This document shows, one piece after another, positions 23,114 to 37,459 of a stretch of 64,000 bases of DNA. The position numbers and the translations under genes are program-made. The DNA is taken from positions 160,828,001 to 160,892,000 of the forward strand of contig NC_042999.1 of assembly GCF_006345805.1 (NCBI RefSeq), written 5' to 3'. The notes below the pieces were generated by a model that was not told where the DNA came from, did not search any database, and worked only from the letters and a program-made list of their open reading frames with translations. The first letter of the stretch is position 1; each line of letters starts with the position of its first letter. This DNA is from Octopus sinensis. Lineage: Eukaryota.

Positions 23114-26100
23114 GAGGAAGAGATAATTTAGCAATCTGATTATCTTTGTCTCTTAGAAAAGAAAATATTTTGGCACACAAAGTATTTTGAACTAAAGGAC
23201 ACTTGATAAAATTCATACATGTGCCAAGCAATTAAAACTTTATACCAACTATCATTTTTAAGGTTTTTTTAGCATAACCAACCCATCATGTTATGACAAT
23301 ATTTTCACGTGTAGTCAAACAGAGGAAAAAACTAAACAAATGGACAAACAAGATTAAAAGCATGGCTTCCTTGTTAGGAAATAATCTTGTTAATTGAGTT
23401 GTTAAAATTCAAGTCACATGAAAGTTTCAATTTTAGGCCCCCCTCACCTGGTAGACGCTGTTGATGGTTTGCCTTAGGAAAGGTATCCAGCCTCAGAAAC
23501 CATGCCAAAAGCTGACATTGGAGCTTGCTGCAGTCCTACAGCTCATGAGATTCTGTCAAACTGTGCAGCCCAGCTCGGGAAACAGACATTAAAGGATAAT
23601 GATGGTGATGTCTCACTTTCTGTGCTTTTTCCTTGTTGCGAACTTTGTCAACATTTAAATCAAATAAAGTGATTCCTTGACATGTTTAATCAATATAGTT
23701 GTTAAGTTACCTAGTCTTTTTTGCAACATTATGTAAGTTTTATAAATTTGAGCTTTAAGAACTTAGCTACTATTAGTGGATGTGTGAGAAGGAGCTTCAG
23801 AGCAATGGAAGCAAGCATTTGATGAGTATTTTTCTATTTTGCATCACTGTTTTTCCCAAAATTCTTGTTACCTGTAACTATATGTTCAGTAGATTTTTTC
23901 TTTATAATGTATGTATATTACATTGCTGCAGCTATGGGAATCACTTTCCAACAGATTGTATGGTCATATCTAAGACAACATAGTAAAAAACTAGTTTTTC
24001 TTCAGTAGATCTTGTGCTGTATCTTCCTGGATCTCACATTCAAATTGTCATGTCTTTCTCTCCTTTCTAACTTGTTCTGCTTCAAAGGCTGCTAGTAGCT
24101 CTTATTTCTTAACAATCTCACTAACATCGATCAAAAGTTGTTGAAAACCCTTATCACACCTGTAGACCACAAGTTAATTCTTGTAATGGATCTTGTAGAA
24201 GTTTCATCAGAAATCTCCTTTAAAGCATCATATATATATATTACAAAAATGATATCTCAGTAGTTTCAATGCATCTCTCATTTTCTTTCACTCATTAGAA
24301 TATGTCAACACTCAGTCAAAGCAAAGAAATAATCATAGATCTGCTAAACCAAACAAAATCTGAAGATACTATATATTTCCAGGCAATATGTAGCTGTATC
24401 ATTGATTACCAAATTTAAGGAGTTTAGAGTCTTCGATATACCATTTTTTTTTATCTTTCATGTTACTGCTGTTGTCATACATTTGACCTTATAGATTTTC
24501 CTATTTGCTCAAGTTGCCCCAAAACAACTTCTGTCATAAGAGCACCTGAACTCTCCTTTAATAGCACAAATCTCCTCTCCCTAAGTCCTCATATATGGGT
24601 TCATGTATCCCAGTATTTGATGGTTTGATTGCTTCAAGAAAGGCACCGAATAATTGAACAATAATTTGGCTCTGTTTATGTGTTAAAATTTGCTACCCTA
24701 TAGCAATTGCTAGAAGCTGTATTAGCTTGTATTGGATATTTTTTCATTATTTCTTGAACTTTATATCTGTAAACATATACCTTCATATTAAGATCAACTA
24801 CATATTCTATAAACTGTAAATGATTGCTTGCACTGTTCAACTTCTTATTTGTAACTCTGAATGACATAATTTGCATGTCAAGAATTCTGATTAGAACTAT
24901 CAAACATTGCAAAATTTATCACCAATATTCTTCTTCATGCCTAATTGTCTACTGGTTAATAGCATCATTTGTTTTTCCTCTAGATAAATGCATTTCAAGT
25001 TCAGTTATATCTGATAGTTTTCTAAATGGTTAGTATTCCTCTCACTTGAAAAACGAATTTTTGCAGTGTTCATCTAGTCTTTTGAACATATTTCTTGTAG
25101 GGATGATGCACTATTTTGTTTTGCTAAACAACTTACAACAAAACCAATCATTATTGGTACACTTATTTGGAATTTAGCAGCCTTCTCTTTTTTTTTAATC
25201 ATTGAGAAACTCTTTTGATACAACCTGCTGTATTGGGACAGTTGGCAAGATCACTTAAGGTATAATACCGTCTTTTGCAAACTTTGCAGTACTGGAACTT
25301 TTCTTGGCGTTCTTTTTCCTTTATATGATTTCTAGAAATACTTCCGATTTGCAAAATTTCTATCCCATTTCTTATATTATTTGTTATAGGAGCATCACAT
25401 TTAGATCCTCCAGTGTTAGCTTCAACAAAAGTACAGCTATATTCTTGCTCTTGGTTTGTTTTCTATATACAAAATTATTTCTGGAAGAAATTTCTGGTTT
25501 TGCTTAGTCTATAGCTGAGCCCTCTTTGGAAGCATTCAGGTTCGGCCTGTGTCTGATGATAATATCTCACTTTCTCCCACCAGTTTTAGAGGCCTGGAAG
25601 AGGTTAATAAGCACTACACTTACTCATTTGACTTTTCTTTTAAAATAGTTCCTGATATTGATAGTAATCATAATTTCTTTGAAGTAACTACAACAAGGCT
25701 GAAAGCTATTTTTATGTGTCTCTGGGTCACAATAGTTAAAATTAAAAATCTTATGTCCATCATCAGTAAACACCAAACTGGCATAAAGAAAAAATACACA
25801 CAGCAAAATTAAGTGATGAAATTAATATTAACTATTTCTCTTTGTTGATGATTTAGGATTTATTTAATCAATTTTGGTTATCAATTGGCAGGGTATTTGA
25901 TTCTTTGTATCAATGTTATAAGCAATGAACTTCTTAATAAATATGTAACAGTGTGGTACACCTCAATACTGAATATAAGAAGTGAGAACACTGTAAACTT
26001 GATAAGTTATTCATTAATTGATAGTATATCTCCTGCTTCCAGTGAATATAGTTCAGAGACTGATATGTCCTAGATACACTGCATGAAAACAAAGTCTTCA

Positions 26101-26946
26101 GTAGTGTAAGAATCCGCTTGTGTCATTAGAAAAAGGAATTAAACTGTAAATTTTGACTTTGAAAATCAAATCAATGTATTGATAGAATATTGAATATATC
26201 TTGACTATGTTTGTGAAACGTTTACAAATCTTTATTCCCGATTAAAAAAAAACAAAAAACTTGTGAAACTTTTATATTAATTTCAGGAAAAAGAGAACAA
26301 AAAAGTACTAAATTTAGGCAATTCAAAGAAATTTCCAAAGATTTATCCAGATTTATGTGCTTTAATATTTCCTCTCTTTATTTTTAAAAGTTTTTGTTAG
26401 AAATCATAATTATTTAATTTTCAAAATCATTATTAAAAACAAAATCCTTGATAAACTATAAATATTTACTGAAACAAATACTTTCTGGCAATAAAATCAA
26501 AATAAAATGCTTGCTTCTTTTTAGCATTGACCTCCACAGCCAGCATACCATTGATACCTTTGATCTAATGATGTATGTTTCAATTGATATTATATTTTCC
26601 ATTGTTTACTTTCTCTTGTTCTAAAAATATGTATTATTAATACAGGTTGATGGCTGTTAGATCGATTGTTTTTGAACTGGTTTCAGCAATGGCTGGAGCT
26701 GAATTTGTAAACATGTGAGTCTAGGTACAGGTCACTGATATATGTTTTTGAATTTTATTTATTTATTTTTCAATGTCAAGACTCAATTTAAATATTCTTT
26801 AGTACTATGCATACTCTGTATGTCTGTGGATATTTATGTTTTTGTTTTTCTATGTTTGTGTTTGCCACCAGTGATAGAATATGAATGCAAGAAAAAGATT
26901 TTTGTTCTTACTTGGTAGCCTATATAGAACCTTTTGTTACAGTCTT

Positions 26947-27348
26947 AGGAGTGGCTGGTTGGTAAGTAGCTTGCTTACGAACCACATGGTTCCGGGTTCA
27001 GTCCCACTGCGTGGCACCTTGGGCAAGTGTCTTCTACTATAGCCCCGGGCTGACCAAAGCCTTGTGAGTGGATTTGGTAGACGGAAACTGAAAGAAGCAT
27101 GTCGTATATATGTATATATATATATATGCGTATGTTTGTGTGTTGTGTTTGTCCCCCCCAACATCACTTGACAACCGATGCTGGTGTTTACGTCCCCGTA
27201 ACTTAGCGGTTCAGCAAAAGAGACCGATAGAATAAGTACTAGGCTTACAAAGAATAAGTCCTGGGGTCGATCTGCTCGACTAAAGGCGGTGCTCCTACAT
27301 GGCCACAGTCACATGACTGAAACAAGCAAAAGAGTAAAAGAGTAAAGA
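26947..27348 (+). mobile_element. SINE family A copy
   Basis: Near-identical to 12760-13150; (AAAAGAGT)n tail. Confidence 0.9.
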
Positions 27349-27518
27349 ATCTTTATTGAGCATTTTGTTATCAATGATTATATACATGAATAGTATGTTG
27401 TGAAAGTGTAGTTTCACTTGAATTTTTATTAGTTTGTCAATATCTATGGAGTATGTATTTTCACCAAGGTAAACTCTCCCTGAGAAAATATTCGTATATC
27501 TTCATTGCAAAGATGACA

Positions 27519-27816
27519 TCTTTATATATAAAAGTGAAGTTGTGTGTCTGTCTCCTACGATTTAGATTGCTAACTACTCCCACATTTTGCGATGCAGTGT
27601 AACCAAAAGTGGGTATCTTATAGTCGTGATTCATATCGAGCCCTTCTGGATATTAGCGCGCGTCTACGATGAGTCTACGATTTAAAAAAAAATTATCATC
27701 ACTTTTTCCCATTTTTAATGCATTTTTTTGCTATTATATAAGGGAAGTAACTCTCTAAAAATGCTTATATAATTATTTCCCTTACAAACCCGAGCAACGC
27801 CGGGCGATACTGCTAG
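27519..27816 (+). mobile_element. Non-autonomous Helitron-like element
   Basis: Same A|TC...hairpin...CTAG|T element as 8276-8672, lacking one internal repeat. Confidence 0.85.
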
Positions 27817-28849
27817 TATCTTATACAAAATTAGTGCCTGGATAATAGTTTTGTATTTTTACCAGTGAAACCTTTTTCAGGGAAAACACTTGCATATCTA
27901 TAAAGATATTATGAGATACTTGTTAGTTATCATCTGTTCAGAGTTATCAAATTTTTTAGCAATTACCTTAACTCGGTACAAAATGTTTCCAGTATATTTT
28001 CATCCTCAATTTCTTCTATTGATATCAGTAGGTGATAAAGAATGACAATATTGAGCTTTGTAAGAACTTTGTTGTATCATCTGTTCGTTATAGCTGCTAT
28101 ATTTTTGCATACTCAAACTTATCTATAAATACAAAGTGAATGAGAACAAGCTATTTCAAGTTCTTTGGTTTCATATTTTCTGCCTTTTGGAGCTAATTTT
28201 TGACAGAGTAGTAGTTTTAGGCAAACTACATGAAGGTCTCACTAGTGCTGGTAGCGTGAACAAAAGCACCAGTACATGCTGCAAAGTGGTTGAAATTAGG
28301 AAGGTCATTCAGCTGTAGAAGTCATGCCGAAGCAGACACTGGAGCACAATGTAGTCCTCAGGCCTATCAATCTATCCAACCCATCCAAGCATGGAACATT
28401 GAATGATGATGATAGAGAAGTAGAACCAGTTGAATTGACTCTTATTTTTTCTTGAAAAATAAAAAGCCAAGTATTAGATTTAAACTCAAAATTAAAGAGA
28501 CAAATTTGAACATCGCAAAGCATTTAGTCCATTGATCTTCACAAGGAGAATATTAGCATTTGTTTAAAATGTATTTTAGAGCTAATGTAGTTAAAATTGA
28601 TGCTCGATTTAAATAGAATTTTACCATCAGAAGTGTATCTCCACAAATGTCTATCAAAGTAACTGTTCCCACAACTTATATATGAATACTTTCAATGTAA
28701 TACTTAGTGTAAGGAAGGTAAAATCTTCATGACGTTTTATTTCAGCTGATGATTATATCATTCACATGAACTTAAAGGATATGATAATTTTCTTCTGTTG
28801 TATAATGAAAAGGATTGTACATGTTATATTTGTATAATGTAAATATGAC

Positions 28850-29540
28850 TTCAGAATCTCCTGCAATTTTTTTAGATGGTCTCCTTGCTTAAGTTGGTGA
28901 ATGCTGCCATAATCCTTGCCTTCAGTTCATCTTTGGTGTTACAAGGAATTTTGTTGGTCTCTCACTCAACTGTGCCCCACATATAATAATCAAGGGGGTT
29001 GCAGCCTGGGGAGTTAGGTAGCCAAATGTTAGGGGTCATGTGGTCACAGAAATTGTCTGAAATTCATGACTGGGTTCCCCTATGGTGCAGAGTCCTGTTA
29101 CCAGACATAGGGTTTTCCAGCAGCCACCCTCTTGACCCAGGGCAGCACTACTTCCTCCAGGCACTTGATGTAGGCTTCTGTGTTGAGTCTCAGGCCATGT
29201 GGGAAGATTAATGGAGGCATAATGTTGCCATCATTAGTGATCACTCTAAACACTGTGATGTTGACTGAATGTTTGATTTTTATCTCTCTTGGTACATGTC
29301 TTAAGATTGACACCTAAACACTCTGAAATGTTCTTATTGGAGCTTCCGGTGCAAATGCCAAGCAGTACAACATGTTTTCAAATTTCTGGCAGAGTGAACT
29401 GCATCATGGTGCTGTTTTTCTCACAGACGGTGCCCAACTGACCCTACTATACTGTGTAGTTGACAAAATCAAAAACAAACAATGTGCATGCACTTAATTA
29501 AAAATATAAAATGGTGACAATTTATCCCTCGCATCCTGTA
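28850..29540 (-). pseudogene. Tc1/mariner-superfamily transposase remnant
   Basis: Minus-strand peptides GNIMPPLIFPHGLRLNTEAYIKCLEEVVLPWVKRVAAGKPYVW and WLPNSPGCNPLDYYMWG (DDD-type third acidic motif); probable TIR tacaggatgcgagggataaattgtca near 29540. Confidence 0.8.
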
Positions 29541-29564
29541 CATATATGTGTGTGTGTGCTCACC

Positions 29565-30152
29565 AAGGAAATGACTAGTGACCGAGACTTTTGGAAATAT
29601 GCCATGCGTGAGAAGACCCGGCAAGCCAAATGAGACCATAATCTCATGGCTTATGCCAGGGGCGTTACCAGCCCACTTATGCGTATCTTTTTCTTCTTTG
29701 GACACTAAAACTCTGCTTGCGAAGACCTGTTGAGGCAAGTGAAATCAAAATCAAATTCGATGACTGGCATCCGTGCTAGCGGGTCGCAAAGAGCACCATA
29801 CGAGTGTGATCATTGACAGAGCGGCTATCTGGCCTCCGTACCGGTGGCACATAAAAGACACCATTTGAGCATGATCGTTACCAGCATCGCCTTACTGGTT
29901 CCTGTGCCGGTGGCATGTGTAAAAGATTTGAGCGAGGTCGTTGCCAGTACCGCCTGACTGGCCCCGTGCTGGTGGCACGTAAAAGCACCCACTACACTCT
30001 TGGAGTGGTTGGCGTTAGGAAGGGCATCCAGCTGTAGAAACTCCGCCAGATCAAGATTGAAGCCTGGTGCAGCCATCTGGTTCGCCAGCCCTCAGTCATT
30101 CGTCCAACCCATGCTAGCATGGAAAGCGGACATTAAACAATGATGATGATGA
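29565..30152 (+). mobile_element. RTE LINE 3' fragment (longer 3' UTR variant)
   Basis: EMTSDRDFWKYA-like ORF end, then repeated gtggcac(g/a)taaaa modules and (GAT)n tail. Confidence 0.8.
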
Positions 30153-31199
30153 TGTATATATGTATACACACATACATACATGTACATGTCCTTTATAGCC
30201 ATGCCCCTCCTCCCCAATGCGCATATACAGTTTCTCTCAAAACTTCACAACCCATCTTTCTAAAACCTATGATCACCATCCACTGCAGGTGCCACCACTA
30301 CCCTTTACATGCCCATCTATACCCTTTTCATTCCCTCACATATGTACCATACCCCCTCCTCCATTCAACGTAATTTCTCTTACCATCACTTGCTACATCC
30401 ACCTCTTCCCTATCTTTGAACATCTCCCATCACAATCTTATGAAGCATCCCTGTCTATTCCCTTTGTACCACTTATAATTCTCCCCACTGTTCCCTGTGG
30501 TATGTCCTGATGCATCTCCAACACCATCCATTTCTCTCTCTCTCATTCTGACTGTCTCTCTCTCTTTCTCCTCTCATTTCCTATTGGCATAACTATGTAT
30601 CTCCTCTGTAGTAAGACACCTGTCTCCAACCCTCTCTTATACTTTACCTTTCACCTGGGCCAAAGTCATTTCCTTTGGTACCCCTCCTACTCCTAAGCAA
30701 GAGGTCATTGTCTTGTAAGTTACTTGACAACCCCACTGTGTTGGTGTCATGTAAAAAGTCCCAGTGCTGGTACCACATAAAAAGCATCCAGTACACTCTA
30801 TAAAGTAGTTAGCATTAGGGAGTACATCCAACTGTAAAAAGCATGCCAAAGCAGACTGGAGCCTGGTGGAGCTTGCCAGCTTTCCAGCTTTCCAGATCCT
30901 GTCAAACTATCCATACCAGTATGGAAAACAGGCAGTAAATTATGATGATAATGATTATATATGTGCATATATATACATGTATGTGTGTGTGTATCTATAT
31001 TTTGATATTTATGTATGAGATGGTGAAGATGCCGACGACCGCTCGGTTCAAAGTCTCCCTTGACCTCAAGTGGCCTGAACTCTTTACATGAACACCACTC
31101 TGTTCATAACTCCATGTCCCCCTACATGGCCTTGCTTCTTGCTTTTTGAGCCAAAAAATTAACTAATGAACTAACTAACACATGTCCTCGGCTATTATA

Positions 31200-31480
31200 G
31201 CCAATGTTTCCCTGTCATGTAGCATAGCTGTTTGCACACAGGCATCAAATAATCTGTCTTTCACTCTGAGAGAGATCCTTTGTTGCCAGCAGGTGTAAGA
31301 ACTCTCTGAATTTTGCCCATCCTAATCTTATTCTTACAGTTATGCTCTTGGAGTATCCATTCCCACTACTAACTTGGTCACCTAGATAACAGAAGCTGTC
31401 AACTACCTGTAGCCCCCCCCGGCAGTTGATTGGGTCTATTTTCTGTACATTTTCAGCATTTATTGTACCTGTGTAACCTT
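31200..31480 (-). pseudogene. RTE RT fragment
   Basis: LQVVDSFCYLGDQVSSGNGYSKSITVRIRLGWAKFREFL matches the RTE ORF. Confidence 0.8.
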
Positions 31481-31546
31481 CCATATGATTATCTATATGT
31501 GTATGTATATGTGTGTATATATTTATGTATGTATATGTGTATATAC

Positions 31547-31892
31547 ATATTGTTATATTTCGGAATGGTCATTTTGCCAGTTTAGCCAATAAAAACACAC
31601 GCACTATATATTTGGTGTTATTTTGCTTCAGTGTTATTTATTTTTTACATTAATCTTAATCTAATTTCGGCCAGAGTTCTTTCGTCACACTCCTGTGACC
31701 GCATCAGTGGTCCTTTGCTTTCTTCTTTCTTATTTGTGTGTCACAGGAGTGTGACGAAAGAACTCTGGCCGAAATAAGATTAAGATTAATGTAAAAAATA
31801 AATAACACTGAAGCAAAATAACACCAAATATATAGTGCGTGTGTTTTTATTGGCTAAACTTGCAAAATGACCATTCCGAAATATAACAATAT
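31547..31892. mobile_element. Foldback element (153-bp inverted arms) with a variant hammerhead motif
   Basis: Arms 31547-31699 and 31740-31892 are near-perfect reverse complements with a 40-bp spacer. Confidence 0.7.
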
Positions 31893-31978
31893 CTGTTTCA
31901 ACACACGACTTCACATAAAAAATCTTGCACAACAAATATATAAATGTATTTACATATATATGTAAATATAGATATATA

Positions 31979-32362
31979 GGTGCAGGAGTAGCTGTGTGGT
32001 AAGTAGCTTGCTAACCAACCACATGGCATCTTGGGCAAGTGTCTTCTGCTATAGCTCCGGGCCGACCAATGCCTTGTGAGTGGATTTGGTAGACAGAAAC
32101 TGAAAGAAGCCTGTCGCATATATGTATATATATATATATATGTGTGTGTGTATGTGTGTGTGTGTTTGTCCCCTAGCATTGCTTGACAACCGATGCTGGT
32201 GTGTTTACATCCCCGTCACTTAGCGGTTCGGCAAAAGAGACCGATAGAATAAGTACTGGGCTTACAAAGAATAAGTCCCGGGGTCGATTTGCTCGACTAA
32301 AGGCGGTGCTCCAGCATGACCGCAGTCAAATGACTGAAACAAGTAAAAGAGAGAAAAAGAGA
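31979..32362 (+). mobile_element. SINE family A copy (B-box region deleted)
   Basis: Matches family A but lacks ttccgggttcagtcccactgcgtgg. Confidence 0.9.
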
Positions 32363-32849
32363 AAATATATATGTGTGTTTATATTTGTGCCTCGTTCTAT
32401 CCTACCTATCTCTGTATGTCTGTCTGTCTGTGTGTTTGTGTATGTATGTAGTTTTGTAGACACAGTTTCATGCATTGCAAGATCATGTTTTGTATTTTGC
32501 ACTGCTACTCCTTCACTTGTTCACTGCTGTCTTTATTATATACTTGTTAAACACATTGCCTCAGCAATTGTCATGAAACAGTTGAAGTCATCTGCCTCTA
32601 GCTTTGTTCGATTCTGTTGTTTATGTCCTTCAACTTTGGTAATTTGACAGAAATTGCTTTTTCATGTGTGTAGTAGTCACTATACATGCACACACATCCC
32701 CCAACTCACAGACACACTCATGTGCATTTACATTTACATTTATACACTTAAATATGCATATCTTGACAGGCTTTCAATTATACACATATCCTGCGTGCCT
32801 CATTTATTTGCATATTTTACTCATATTTAAAAACATCCTATATACATAT

Positions 32850-33154
32850 CACACGTGATCACGTGACTGACCAGACCATCAGATGTTGTTACACATCGCT
32901 GGTCACAATGCGTTCGCATTGTTTTAGCCTTCGAATGACGCCACCGCACTGGCTAAGCGAGCAGGCCAACAGAAGAAAGAGTGGGAGAAAGAGTAGTGAA
33001 AGAGTACAGCAGGGATCACCACCCCCTGCCGGAGCCTCGTGGCGCTTTTAGGTGTTTTCGCTCAATAAACACTCACAACGCCCGGTCTGGGAATCGAAAC
33101 CGCGATCCTCCGACCGCGAGTCCGCTGCCCTAACCACTAGGCCATTGCACCTCC
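32850..33154 (-). mobile_element. SINE with family B head and a different 3' half
   Basis: ~32977-33154 matches family B; 32850-32975 does not. Confidence 0.75.
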
Positions 33155-33635
33155 ACCCTATATACATATACAATGTAATATTGGAGTTTGTAATTGGGTA
33201 TAGTTTTTTAAAAAAATAATTGTCAAAGTTCCTTTGAATCATATCCTACTAGTATATATAAAAAAAGGCCGGCCACATTAATGTCATCCACATTAATGTA
33301 TAGTCTGAAGAAAACTGTTAGTGTCACTGTTGGAGTCCATTTTGATCAAATGTTTGCTTCTCATCATACTTCAGTTATCATCATCGTTATCATCATCGTT
33401 ATCATGCAGTAGTTTATGATCCCAATTTATAACTCTTAACTATAGAGTAATTCATGACCTCAGTTATTATACAGCAGTTTGTGGCTTCAGTTATGATATA
33501 ACTTTGCTTCTAGTTTTCACATAATAATTCATAACCTTGGTTTTCACTCAACAATTTATCCACCTCAGTTTTCACATTAGTTCATGCACCCAGGAGTCAT
33601 AGCACTATTTATGACCCCTTTCATAGTCAAATATA

Positions 33636-34038
33636 TACTCTTTTACTCTTTTACTTGTTTCAGTCATTTGACTGCGGCCATGCTGGAGCACCGCCTTTAG
33701 TCGAGCAACTCGACCCCGGGACTTATTCTTTTTGTAAGCCCAGTACTTATTCTATCGGTCTCTTTTTGCCGAACCGCTAAGTGACGGGGACGTAAACACA
33801 CCAGCATCAGTTGTCAAGCAATGCTAGGGGAACAAACACAGACACACAAACACGCACACATGCATATATATACATATATACGACAGGCTTCTTTCAGTTT
33901 CCATTTACCAAATCCACTCACAAGGCATTGGTCGGCCCGAGGCTATAGCAGAAGATACTTGCACAAGGTGCCACGCAGTGGGATTGAACCCAGAACCATG
34001 TGGTTAGTTAGCAAGCTACTTACCACACAGCCACTCCT
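33636..34038 (-). mobile_element. SINE family A copy
   Basis: Reverse complement of family A. Confidence 0.9.
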
Positions 34039-34876
34039 GTATCAAATTTTTAAAAATTAATGTTTCATTTTTACAGAAAAGCAGATTGATCAGAGAGAAA
34101 AATAAAATATTTTTCCAAAAGATAAAGGTGGGATACCTAACACTTTCCTTTTTAAATATGCCCATCCCTTATGCAAATTATCTTCAATGGTATCATTTTT
34201 TTACTACGATTTTCAATATTTTAAACTTTTATTTATAATAACATATCTTTGTTGAACACTAGCCTAGTCCGTTGAAGTATGGCCTATTAAATTTCTCCAT
34301 TTCTCTTGAAACCATCTTAAGTAGTTTCGAATTTTAGTTAATCAAAACAAGTACAAGTTACAGTATTTGTTGGAAAATACAATGCCTGTAACATAGACTT
34401 CATGCCTTCCATGTCACATATTCCATTTGAGAAGTAAGGGTTTCGTGAAGGGATTCACTTTTATTAAATACAGCCATACAGATTTATATATGTATAAATA
34501 AAGGATTAGGAATACTCCATTGTATTTCCAGTACTTTTTTTATGAATCCTTTATGAGTAAACCTTGATTGGATATCTTAGAACATCAAGTTACTGAACTA
34601 GGTTGTTACAGTACAGTATCTAGTTTCACAAGCTACTGGCATACTGTTTCAGTATCTCATCCTCCTTTGACTCACTGGATTATTGATTAGAAACAAAACC
34701 AATTCCTATAATGCAAGAAGAATAATGTTTATTAGATAAATAAATCCAAAAGTACCTTATAAATCCAAGAGTTAGACAAACTGCAAAGTTAGCATTGGAG
34801 GAATTTGAATGTAGAATACTGAAGTACTTAACTTGACACCATACAGAATTTGGATTATTCCTTTAAATAGGTTTAA

Positions 34877-35097
34877 CCCTTTAGCATTCAGATTATTCTG
34901 TCAAATGTAAAGTTTATGTATTCACACTATGTAAAATTAATCCTGCATCATTTCATGGCTTTGAGATTTCAATGATGTGTTTTGTTTATTTTTAAAATGA
35001 CACAATAAGATAGCTATGAATGACCATATCTGACTAGTTTGAACATAAAATAGGTAGAATGTTTTGGCCGGATATGGCCGGTTTAAACACTAAAGGG
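34877..35097. mobile_element. piggyBac-type MITE
   Basis: TTAA|ccctttag ... ctaaaggg|TTAA. Confidence 0.85.
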
Positions 35098-37071
35098 TTA
35101 AGGCTGTTGTCATACAAGAGAAAAGAACTGAAAAGCTTTATTGTACATGACTTTCCAAGGACATTAGTAGTGTAAGGTGAAATCATTTTGTGTCACTCAA
35201 GAATATAAACTCAGCCATGGACTTGAAGGGGAACTCACTTTCTTACATGATGGCCATTATGCTATTAAATATATTAATAGTATAACAGGAACATTGCTTA
35301 CAAGAATATAATTAAAATCCCTTCACAAACTTAATATTGTATATTAACACAATGAAGACATAGTTAACAACAGAAAACTCAACAAAATATATTGTATACA
35401 TCTAAGTAGTTACAAGCTTACTGATATTAATTATATGGATCCTTGGCTGTTCAGTATGGATTCCAGGGTAGAGCACTTCAGATAATGAGATTTTTGGATT
35501 GGCATCAATGCTCAGCTTTGTAAGCAAAGTGATTGAAAAAAATTGCCCAATTAGTATCATATTGGTACTTAATTTATTCATTGTATGCAAGATAAAAAAC
35601 TTGACCAGAATATGAGAAGAATTCAGTAAGGTATCAACAAAATGGATAACATAAAGTGCTTGGTCTGATTTGTCACCAAATTTAGCAAATCCATTTTAAA
35701 TAATCAAAATTGGAATTAAATAAAAGTTACATAATGAGCTGTAACATTTTTCAATTGGTTTTAAGAGAATCAAAATTTACCACTCATTATGTCTTCATAT
35801 CGTGGCATACAAAGACTGTCTTTGATGTTGCAAACAATGGTATTAATAAATATTTTTCTCTTCTATTCTTTGAGTTCTTAAGATTCCTCACATGTAATGG
35901 TTGGATCCAATCAACTTTGGATCCTGATATACAATTAAATCTGAAATTTTGAGGTGAGTTATTGCTCAAGTAAGTTTTCATTGGTTACCCCAATGGCTTA
36001 TACATACTATCTGTGCCAAATTCAATAGACCTTTACATTCCTCTGAAAAGTTGTCAAAATTTATATATTATCCTTCCAAACAGCTGTCTTAAAATTGATG
36101 TTTTTATGCTGTGTCCTGTTATGCCCTGTAACTTAGCAGTATGACAAACAGCATTCAATAAAACAAGTTACAGATTGATATAAGTATTGGGGTTGATTGA
36201 CTAAAAGCCCTTCAGTCCTTTAAATGTATCTAGTAAAATAATATTAACCTCTTCTGCCACCTTCATCTCTGGTGATTTCCAGTTCCCTTATGTGTATACA
36301 TCCTAAGGTTATATTTCAACTCTGAAACTTTACTCTTCATGCTTTGTTTCAAAATACTCATTACTATGCTCCATGAACCAACAAGGGAGCCACTACTTGG
36401 TAGTTAGACATATAAGAAATAGTAGCTAAATATTACTCAGATAACACATTACCATTTAAAATGAAGACATTAGATAATGTAGTCCTAGATATATAAAAAA
36501 AAACGGGATGGTTATGGCTGAGATGCCTTTGGCCAGAGATAGGTCTGTTCAGTCAGGGTTGATATAGAACTAAACAACAACCATACCACAATTTTTATAG
36601 GGTACATAAATATAAGTGTAATTTTTTCAGAGAGAAAATACAGTAAATAAATAGACAATATAATAAGTGTACTCATGAGTAATTAAACTTAATCAAAGGT
36701 TAACAAACATAATCTTATAAAGAACAGACAGGATAACTTAGTAAATATCTGAACAGAAGAACGTATCCACTTCTAGCAGCCTGATTATATGATTTGATCA
36801 CAAAAACAATGGTGTGATCAGGGAAGTATCAAAGTTAGAAATAGAATATGTTTGGTGCAAAAACATAAATCAGTTTATGATCTGGAATTAAGCTTGCTTT
36901 AGAGACAAAGAAAGACCATAGAATAGGGAGCTTAATACATTACATTACTGAAATCAGTTGAAATATTTCAAAGAGCAATGATTATTTCATGAAGCAGTTT
37001 CTTGGTGATTAAAAACATTGAACCTTTGCATTAGAAATGAAGGCTCTGAGATAAAATTTAATTTAAAGATA

Positions 37072-37459
37072 TGGATGGAAGCACTCCGTCGGTTACGACG
37101 ACGAGGGTTCCGGTTGATCCGAATCAACGGAACAGCCTGCTCGTAAAATTAACGTGTAAGTGGCTGAGCACTCCACAGACACGTGTACCCTTAACGTAGT
37201 TCTCGGGGATATTCAGCGTGACACAGAGAGTGACAAGGCCGGCCCTTTGAAATACAGGTACAACAGAAACAGGAAGTAAGAGTGAGAGAAAGTTGTGGTG
37301 AAAGAGTACAGCAGGGATCACCACCATCCCCTGCCGGAGCCTCGTGGAGCTTTAGGTGTTTTTGCTCAATAAACACTCACAACGCCCGGTCTGGGAATCG
37401 AAACCACGATCCTATGACCGCGAGTCCGCTGCCCTAACCACTGGGCCATTGCGCCTCCA
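37072..37459 (-). mobile_element. SINE family B copy
   Basis: Near-identical to 21013-21385. Confidence 0.9.

Noticed and set aside
24000-25560. Possible very old minus-strand LINE remnant
   Set aside because: Composition is suggestive but no diagnostic motif could be read.
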